DNA of 57,046 nucleotides, counting the filler, from Sphacelaria rigidula (Eukaryota): NCBI GenBank assembly GCA_964200075.2. It is 6 parts of 6 records of this genome, joined end to end, with 100 filler letters (N's around TTAATTAATTAA, not from the genome) between each part and the next. Parts side by side here need not be neighbours in the genome. Positions count along the whole stretch, not along the records: positions 47,623 to 57,046 come from CAXNAA020008536.1; 5 more parts are not named here. One strand, written 5' to 3'. The stretch's first letter is position 1, and the number at the start of each line of letters is the position of its first letter. Positions 47,775-57,046 of the stretch are shown one piece after another. The notes under the pieces were generated by a model. The model saw only the letters and a list, made by a program, of their open reading frames with translations, was not told the DNA's origin and did no database searches. A program made the position numbers and the translations under genes.

Positions 47775-50700
47775 CCGACTAACTTATATCGATCCTTGGG
47801 CATACTGAAAATGACGTATCACGGGTTCACCTCCACAAGTAACTTCTTCCGAATAGGAGCTTGTCCTCGGTACTTCTAGTACAAAACGTTCACAAGTCGG
47901 GTTGCCCACTTGAACCTCATCTCGAAGTTAGACTTCAATTCGCACAATTTGCTGTTATGTTGTGTACGGTACTATGAACACGCTCGAGAACAGAGTTGCC
48001 TTTGGGACGGCAGGCAGAGGTACGAGTGTTTTTGTGCACAAAGACAGTTTGAAGTTCATTGGCAAGTTGGTTTTCGAACTCACTTCCGAGATTGGAAGGT
48101 AAGATCTCGGGTGGACCAAAGACGGAGATAACGCGTGTGGCTAGCTGATGGGCGACAGTAGTCGCGAGCTTGTCAGGCACTGCTATCAGAACGACAAACC
48201 GTGTAAAATGGTCGATAACAGACATGATTTAGCGGTTACCTCGAGAGAGGGTTTTATACTCGATCAGGTCTACTGCTACACACTGAAAGACGCGGGTGAC
48301 TTCCCGATGTCCCATGGGGAACTGAGGTGTGCGGTGAGACGTTTTACGGTGTTGACAAGACTGACAATGATCAATATGATGTTAAGCATCGGGATGGATA
48401 GAGGGCCATCAATAGCGGTCTCTAATCCGGTCAAAAGTGGCTTTGAAGGCCAAGTGACCACCTGACGCGGGCAAATCATGACATGCGTGAATTAATAACG
48501 ACCGAAATACGGTGGGAACTACCAACTGATCGCAAAAATCCGATCGTTTAGGCAAATTACCCGGTAGGTATGACCTGAGAAGCCGCCCTTCGAGAAGGAA
48601 GAAATGACTCATCGTGTACTTGGTTTCTTTAAGTGGGAGTGGACTAGACTCTGGTTTACGCAGATATGCAAAATATCGACTGTACTCTGTTTCCTGTTGG
48701 GCGGTGAACTGGTCGGGATCAACAAGGGGAAATACCGACACAGCGCTCGCGAATAGGTCGCGATCACTTTCAACGGGGGCGATATCGTTCAGGTTGTGAG
48801 CTGAAACCTCAAACTCACGGGGTAACCGTGAATGATGCGGTTGATCGTCGGGGACATTCCGACAAATTGCCGCAAGGCGAGGTTTAGTGACAACATCCTC
48901 ACCGTTGGTATCGCCAAACAAACGTGACTACGCATCGGGTACGACGTTTAACCTACCCGGGACATGCTTCACTGTAAAATAAAAAAATTGCAGTTGAATC
49001 GACCAACGGGTCAGCATGTTACTGGTGTCCTGCATCTGATAAAGATGACAAAGTGCTTGATGATCCGTGTAGACCGAAAATGTCTACCCCACAAATACGG
49101 ACGAAAAAATGCATGAGCGTGGAAACTACGCCGCAACATTCTTTGTTCGTAGGGCTATAGTGACGCTGATACTTGGAAAAGCGTCTACTGAAATACGCGA
49201 TGATACTAACATCGTCGAGGGACTGAGAGTTTGAGGTGGTGTTACCAAGAAAACCACCCAGAGCAACCTCTGAGGCGTCTGTGTGTACGACAAACTCTTT
49301 TGTTAAATCCGGAAATTTCAAGACTGGTGCAGCGGTCAACACACGCTTGATGTGGTCAAGAGCTGCAGACTGTTCAGGACCCCAAGATTTCAAAAACGTT
49401 GTTTCTTCTCACAACCTTTTTGTGTGAGAGCGACAAGGGGACCGGTAATTTCGGCATAGTCTTTGATAAAACGCCGGACAAAGTCAGCCATACCTAGAAC
49501 TGACCGAAGTTGTTTGATTGGCTTCGGGGGCTCGAGATCGCAGATGGCTTTAATGCGGCCTTTACCGTTGGAGACACCTTCGGCAGTAATGACATGACCT
49601 AGATAAGTAACTTCCTTGGGACCGAACTGAATTACGGTTTGAGGGTCAGACCTGCTGCTTGTAATGCAGAAAACATGAGGCGAAGAGACTTGAGGTGATC
49701 GTCAAAAGTGTTACTGATACACCAAAAATCATCCATGTATCACAGTATACCAGAGTCTGGACCCAGATGTTCGAAGACAACGGACATCATACGTTCATAC
49801 AACCAAGGGGAAGACATGACACCAAACGGTATGCGTAAAAACACATATTTACCGGACGGGGTAGTGAAAATTGTCTTGTCTACATCCTCAGCTGCGACCG
49901 GAAGTTGCCAGGAAGCCGGCATGACGTCCAAACACGTATCCATGTTGGGCAAGGGTCAAGATTTGCGGATTAGATACTTGTTGAGGGTGTCACGATAATC
50001 CACACAAAATCTCGGTGAGCCATCTTGCTTCGCGACTATACATGACGGGGAACCCCAAGCGCTAGGGCATTCTTCAATAATTATCCATTCGAGTATATCT
50101 TCGACACATTTCTCGATGGCTTCGGCTGTACGGGGGTTGGAACGATATGGTGGTTTGTCGACTGGAACAGTATTTTCCGGGACAGGAAAAGTGGCTTCCG
50201 CCACGATGCAAGCACCAACCTCTTGCATAGACAATGAAAACACTGCCCAAAATTCAGCACAAAAATCACGAACACTTTTCTGTTGTTCTACTGTGAAGGT
50301 AGAATCATTAAAAGCGGGAAGATAGGGGTTCTTGGAGATCATCCTTAGCCTTTTGCAACTACACGGGAGTGGAGGGACTTTTGGCTACTGCATTTGCGTG
50401 CAGTTGAGCTGGATCGACTACAGTCACAGTGTACAGGGTACCAAGAACCAAGCCTGTGGGTAAAGACACGGCTTCAGACGATGTGTTTGCAACTTGCACT
50501 ACGACAGAACCATCTATCGCTGACCAGTGGGACAAGGTGCGTGCAACTATCAACGACTCGAAGACGACGGGACGGTCTGCTCTAGACATTTCATCTGCGG
50601 TGACTAAACGAGGTTCAACAACGACAGTACAGTCACGGAGGGGACGACAATCCATATATGCTAGAAGTAGTGCTTCGTGGAGAGGTTCGACAGTAACACG

Positions 50701-53240
50701 CTCTAGTAAAGTGACAGATACTTGTGGAGCATCAACATATACTGCTGCTACAGCGGACTGTTTTTTGCTTGAAGACGAGACTGACTGTTGACTACGGTGT
50801 ACTGCGGGAGTAGGTTGACTTCCCTTTAAAAAAGACAGAGTTTGACTTGACCAGTCGAGGGTCGCGCCGACTTTTGACATGCAGTTTTTGTCAAGCAGTA
50901 AGGTATCAGGACCTAAACAAGGAACAACAAGTGCTTCAACGCGACGTGTGACTTGACCAAGGGTTTATGAAAACGCCACAAACCCAAGGACATTTATCGG
51001 CGAACCGTTTGCTGCACGGAGCGAGATGGCTGCTGGGGGTACGGGGGACACCGGCAATTTCTGCAACATGGGGTGTGACTTCAACCATGCAGCAGAACAA
51101 ACTAAACAGCCAGTTGCCGTGTCTACAGTAATGTCTTTAACCTCAACTGGACCAACCGATCCTGAGATGCGAACGTGTCTCGAGGAAAAAGCAAGTGACA
51201 ACGAACCACGCTGTGAACTTAGCGAGAAAGTGTACCAAAGTGTGTGCGTATCATCTTTACTAACTGGATCGGGCGCGGACGGCGGCCGGTTGACGGTGTC
51301 ATGCACAGGCTTGATAGACGGGGCTACAGTACCAGTTTTTGATGTTTTTCGAGGCGGACGAGACGGAAAATCTGGTGTGACTCTAGCGACAGATGATACA
51401 TGAGACGAGTCAGGTGCGACAGGGTGACGTGGCTTTTCGGCAAGACTGGTTGAAATACAGGAACCGACTGTCGGGACAACTACACCATGACACGAATCTG
51501 ACAAATAAACACACTGACGGGATACGGACGAAAGCCGAGCTTTACGCCGCCGGACGTCCCTACTAGCTACTAATTTGCTACTAGGGGGTGTACTCCCTAC
51601 CAGATATGACGGCCTCCTGGCTGGGCACCTTCATTCGCTTTCAGGATCTGCGTCAGAAGATGGGGGAGTCGGGGCCGTCGGCGCCAGTGCCGGCGCCGCC
51701 GCGGGTTTGGCCGGCCTCACCTTCGGCTTGCCTGTAGACTTATTCGCTCCCGCCTTGCCTGTCTTGCTTTTCTGGTGAGGAGAGGTCGCGTGAGTGGCGA
51801 CTTTTTTTCGTGCGCGTATCTTATCAAGGAGAATTTTGTACGCACGCGGGTCCTCGATGGTGAGGCGGTCCAGACACTCACCATAGTAATGAGTGTGGGG
51901 GCGGGTGCACCTACGGCGCACAACCTAGAGGAGGCCGGGGATTCCGGGGACGGCGGGTTTTTTTTGCGAGCCGATTTGTTTTTTCGTGTGCCGCGTGGTG
52001 TGGCGGAGGTCAAAAACGTAACGGAGGAAACGATGTGACTAGACGTGTTGCCGGCTTCAATATTACGGGCGCGGTCGACAGCCTCCTGGAGAGTGGTTTC
52101 TGCGTGGTAGACGTGTGGCGAACGGCGGTTTTCAGACCGTTCGACCACATTCAGACGGTAAAAGCCGTCCAAGCATCGTCGGTGCCTGGTGCCCATTTGA
52201 CGGCTGACTCGTAACGGCGAAGGACTTGACGGTACCGAGTTACATAACTCTGTACCGATTCCGTGGGGGACTGAGCAAAGGTGGCAATGGCACGAGCGTG
52301 TTCTTGCACACCATTAGCAGGCATGAGCAAATCTAAAAATGCGGACGATAAATTGCTCCCACGTGCGTGGGGGCTCGAATGAACCTTTAAAACGCACGCC
52401 ATCCGACGTAACACGGTCGGACTCCCAATCGATCTGGTATTCCATCAATTGATTGTACACCAACGAGCTACTCCCATCGAGGATAAGAGAGAGGTGTTCA
52501 TATGCCAGAACATCACCGTAAAGAGGGGTCGTTAGGTCGCACAGATTTAGCTCTGAAGCCGACTTTGATACGATAACTGCTCAGAACCTCAGGGAGATCC
52601 GTACTAGTCGTAGCGTCAGTAATACGCGGGTAGTGTTTGAGGTCAGCTGGTGTTATGTGACACATCTTCTGGGACTGGTCTGACATTACCGTAGACAAAC
52701 GACCCGCCAGAGCATCAACTGAGCTACCGCCGCTACGAGTCGTTGTACGGGACATTATGGCAAAATCAGATGCTATTCAAAGGACATGTGCAGATACCTC
52801 GGGTATTTCGCCAGAGTTGACCTTGTCGAACTCCTGCTGTACAGTACGCCATATAGCTGTCATAGCGTCGCTGCGTGCATCGGAAGTTGGAGCCGATGTG
52901 GTAAATGAAGAAGCGCGTGGGGATGACGTGGTGGCGGCTGAGGGTGACGAAAGGGTCCGAGGTGAGACTGGTCACGCCGTGGGGGAGGGGGGCGGTGGGG
53001 ACGATGCTGCTGCTGCTGCTGCTGCTGCCATAGCCGTGGTCTGGGGAGAAGGGTTCGCGGCTGCTTCAGCTGCTGCCGCTGCCGCGGCGGTGGCAAGGGA
53101 ATGTGTTCTTGTGCTGTATCCGCCGGGGTGTCGCCCTTGGACTCTTCAACACCAGAGCTGGGCATAGTGTCAGAGGGTCAGCTGCCTCAAAATCCAAACC
53201 GTGGTTGAGAAGAGCGTCGATGGAGTGAGGGTTCGACATG
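47775..53240 (-). mobile_element. Ty3/Gypsy LTR retrotransposon internal region (gag-PR-RT-RH-INT), decayed
   Basis: Gag (FAQSPTESVQSYVTRYRQ), protease (ITVDTATG; LRAANGSPINVLG), RT (PRFCVDYR; RIPFG; YMDD at ~49729-49740), RNase H (HTDASEVALGGFL; IAYFSR), integrase zinc finger (HACHD...GGHL...CQSC) and core (VIDHFTRF; FGPPE; GSEFEN). The order is Gypsy-type, with many stops and frameshifts. Confidence 0.95.
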
Positions 53241-53679
53241 CTACCGTCAGATCTTAGATCGCTACCGTCAGGACGGCAATATAAGACACAGTCGGACAGT
53301 GAGTGCGACTTATCCTACCCGGACAGTGGGTGGGTGTAGGTTGTAGCTTCTCGCTCGGTGAAAGGGTACGGAGTGTGCGGATCCGCGACTTGGACTTGAA
53401 CAGGACGGACTTTGCAAGTCGGTTTGGGTTGAAGTGCAAAACCACGGAGTGGGAGATGCACCCACGAGGAGGCATCTTGACACGGGAGAATGACGCTCCC
53501 AGACTGGGGATTGGATGATGACAGTCCCAGGGTGACAGACCCGGGAAGACGGTCCGGGTTCACTAGCCCGGGGTAATTAGTAAGCGGGTCGGGTCATACA
53601 GAGGTCATAATAACACAAACACCTGAAGATAAAGAAAGAAGTGATTTTGAAATCACAATAAGATAGCTGCCAGGCGACC

Positions 53680-54290
53680 TGTAAGAGCTGTATGACCGGT
53701 TTTACAGCGAAGTTCTCATCTACCCAATTGTGTCCATCCTATCCACGAGGAATATATATATACATCTAAAGAATAAATATTATGCCGCTCGTCACTGCTA
53801 TCCACGATCAGTATCCACAAGTCATAACCCGCAGCAGATCGCCTTCACAGCACAGCGAGATGATCCTAGTATCCAGTAGTAGCAGTGATCATCCTTGGCA
53901 GCAATAGTATGTGCGGCCATGCAAACACGAAGATTCAGCCTATACAGTAGAATGACGTCTAAGGTGAAAAGTGCTGCACCCCGCGACCCTCAACCATGGC
54001 AAACTGTTGCCGTATCATCTCTTGACAGTGACTATACTCTTAGTAATGTAATTTTGTGCAAGTCGTACTGACTGACTGCCGATCCACGGTCCATCATCCA
54101 AAAATACACAGTAACGTCAGGATGGAAAATATTCAAGTACCGTATGGGCAACAAATGCTGGCGTATGCTTTACTGTAGTAGCAAATGACTGGGCACAACC
54201 CTCCGTCAAGGAACACTTCCGGCTTTCTCCGCAAGACGCCTGTCGATGTTTTGAAGAGTTGGGCGGCGCGTGCGCTGCGCCAAGTTGACA
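53680..54290 (-). repeat. Candidate 5' LTR of the Gypsy element
   Basis: Non-coding block bounded by TGT...ACA upstream of gag. No partner LTR is in the contig to confirm it. Confidence 0.3.
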
Positions 54291-54515
54291 GGGAGTCTTA
54301 GTGGGTAAGTGATTCTACGGTGGGTAAGAGTGCACTTTTTAGTCCAAACGTTTTTTTTGGCTTCTGTAATGAGGTTACGGTGCTGTATATGGCAAGCACA
54401 GACTCACAAGGCAAGGCAAGGGGCCAGTCCGCAGACTGAACAGCCAGGCCAAACAACAGGCACCACCTCACACAGATGTGTCCGAAAGACAACAAAGTAT
54501 CACGCGCAGGTATGA

Positions 54516-55615
54516 TGTTATCACTTCTTGCTTGGTCTCAACCTTCCAGTATCCAATCACTCAATCCAGTCTCTCACGCTCTGTCAGTCTCACCGGTATT
54601 AGACTTCTTTTCTGAGAGAGTGGGGTAGATGGTAGTGCTTGCATGCGGTACGGTGCATCCCAGCGCCTTCTATTCTATCCTCGCTATATACAAGTTCACA
54701 CTCGTATCTGACCAACTCGGAACAGACCTGCAGTCTTAGAAGTAGCCTGGGTGAAATATAAACGGATTTATCGACGGTTCTGAGGCGGCATGACAACAGG
54801 CTAATATGCATCTCATGACACTAACCCACCCAGACGAACCTCGATTGCAGCTGCGAGGATTTATCCTCAAAGCAGCGAAAGTAAGAGTTTTCTTTACTCG
54901 TAAGGTCATGAGCGGCTGATAAAGCATGCCTAAGGAAACACTCCCGTGCCCACTCGCACACCTCAAGATAAGGAAAGCATAATTGCTTCGAGGAGCAGAA
55001 AAACTGCTTCGAAACGCGAAAGCACAAACTGTTTCTGCTTGCTAGCGATCAACGAAGAAGCACAAATTGCTTCGGCGTCCTAGCAAAACGAAGGGGGGAA
55101 ACAGGGAGGTACAACAGGGAGCAGAACTGGTCCAAGCTGGGGGAATCCAAAGAGGAAAACGGCAAGATCAGTACGCGACCAACGCATGTTGGTCGGAAGC
55201 AAAATCTGAAAATCGGTGATCCAACGAGATCGGGCGCCAGCCGGAAGGGGATACTATTGATAGGGCCCCTGTAGTCGTGGATGGTGGGTGGCTTTAGTAG
55301 TTCTTCGATCATCGTCCGATGTAGGTGGTCCCGTTGTGGATGTCGTGGAGGACGGTCTGTAGCCTCTGCCAGATGATCTGGACAAGAGGACTTTCAACGA
55401 AGGACTCCTCCAGTAGCACTGGCCTCGTGCTCGAGAAGCCTTTTCTTCTAACTTGTTATTACCACGGAGTGATCCTCAACAGACCACATCACCAGCCAGA
55501 CAGCAAGGGGACACACAGATGAGGGTCATCAATCCAGGATCTCCTGTCCCCTGCCACTGCTCCAATCATGCATGCGGTTAAACTGAAACCTACGGCTTGG
55601 TATCATTTGGCTACA
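54516..55615 (-). repeat. Candidate 3' LTR of the second Gypsy element
   Basis: Begins TGTAGCC on the minus strand after a PPT-like TTTGAGGGTGC downstream of the chromodomain stop, and ends ...ATAACA. The partner LTR is not in the window. Confidence 0.45.
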
Positions 55616-55693
55616 GCACCCTCAAAGCGAGTTCAAGACAAACGAACGAGCTTGACAACCAACAAAAACCAAGGCGAAATCGTATGCACCAGA

Positions 55694-57046
55694 TCACAAA
55701 GAAATACCATACGCCGACGCTAACTTGCTGGTCAGCACCCGAATCAACCGCAGTTTACGCAGTTCCTTCAAAATAAATTCAGGCGCAGAAGAACGAATCT
55801 TCCGAAGAGACTCCCACGTACGTTCTTCAGCATCGAACCCTTCCCAATCGACCAAAACGATGACATCACCATTGTCATCCTCAGCGATGTGCACCAAAGC
55901 ATTCATCCGACATTCACCTTAAGCATACGAATGCTGAAATACATCTTCTAGTTCCGCAGTGATGTGCAACTGCGAGTCAGCATAGAAACGTGAACGAGCG
56001 ACATGGGTCGAGTGCACGGCGCCAAAAACAATATTCTGTACCGAATACACGTGAGCGTGACCGGGTCCGACCACTCGCCACGGACCTGTTCACGTGGACA
56101 TCAACTTGGCGTCACACCTTGCCTACGAACACGGACATACAATACGAAATCGCCAACTGCAAACTTGAGCAACACAGCCTGGCCCTGAGCAAGCCTGCGT
56201 TTGGTTTCGCGAGACACCGCGACAGCAGCTTGCACTTCGTAACAAAACCGCACTTGCTCGTCAACCAAGCCTCGGACCTTGTCACGCAACGAATCAACAT
56301 CCATGACATCGACGTTCCACTCGCCGCCAGTGACAGAAGCTAGCGCAGAAAACGCTGTACGCGGCGCACGCCCAAACATCACACAATACGGAGTGTTACG
56401 GTAGCGTTCACAGAAAATAAGTATCCAACGCCCACTGAGCAGCTGGTAAAACATCAACCCATTCAGATACCGGCGTCTCTGTTTCGACAAAATAGACCGC
56501 AACGCACGAATAACCTCTTTCACCATGGTCACAAGCACCATTCGACCAAGGGGTATATGCAACAGCAAATTGGTGTTACACCTTGAGCGCATCGCTCAGC
56601 TGCGCGATCACTCGATTCCTGGAGTGCGTGGCGGTATCACTAACCCAAATACGCGGCACCCTCAAAGTTTTACACCAATGGAGCAAGTGCTTAGCCGTAA
56701 CCTCGGCGATGCAAGCCTCTGTCGGCTCCAAGCCAACAAAATTGAACAAATCATCCATGATGATCAGAACGTACCGAAGACCATCCTCTTCAGGCAAACC
56801 ATTAGCACCTTCAGGTCCGCTACTTCCGACGTACAGAAAATCAAAGTGAACAACTTCACCTGGCGCACTACCATGCACAGTATTGCCATGGGGACGAGGT
56901 ACAACCTCACCAGCACGAGTCTACACAATGCAAACACTGGCGAACGAACTCGCGAACGTGGGAATCCATGTGAGGCCACACACAGTATTCTTTCAAACGA
57001 AACAGAGTCGGCGCCACACCACGGCGATCGGCCGAACCCATGTGAG
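55694..57046 (-). mobile_element. Second Ty3/Gypsy element: integrase plus C-terminal chromodomain, decayed and cut by the window end
   Basis: PGEVVHFDFLYVG...YVLIIMDD...PRIWVSDTATH (integrase core), TPYCVMFGRAP, FAVGDFVL, and chromodomain LVDWEGFDAEERTWE. Confidence 0.92.

Overview
Repeat-rich eukaryotic nuclear DNA, most likely from a brown alga (Phaeophyceae). This is an inference from the GT-AG introns, the style of the adhesin-like gene and the TE types. The window is not contiguous. It is six contigs of 9425, 9425, 9424, 9424, 9424 and 9424 bp joined by 100-bp N/TTAATTAATTAA linkers, apparently size-sorted, so no synteny can be read across the gaps. Contents: five phase-compatible exons of a GGA(F/I)-type adhesin/beta-helix gene; isolated host exons, one with a PP1-docking RVSWAD motif; a decayed Ty3/Gypsy element and the 3' end of a second, chromodomain-bearing Gypsy; LINE fragments; tRNA-derived SINEs; many palindromic MITE/foldback elements; and a decayed KDZ-like transposase. 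The most notable object is a ~5.2-kb intronless, pseudogenised ORF (20230-25458, minus strand). Its motif order (DxD-like, PriCT-2-like, D5_N-like, Walker A GNQTSGKS, SF3-like B/C, D5-like C-terminus) suggests an unusually large D5-type primase-helicase from an endogenous DNA virus or self-replicating element. All homology calls come from motif recognition by eye; no searches were run.
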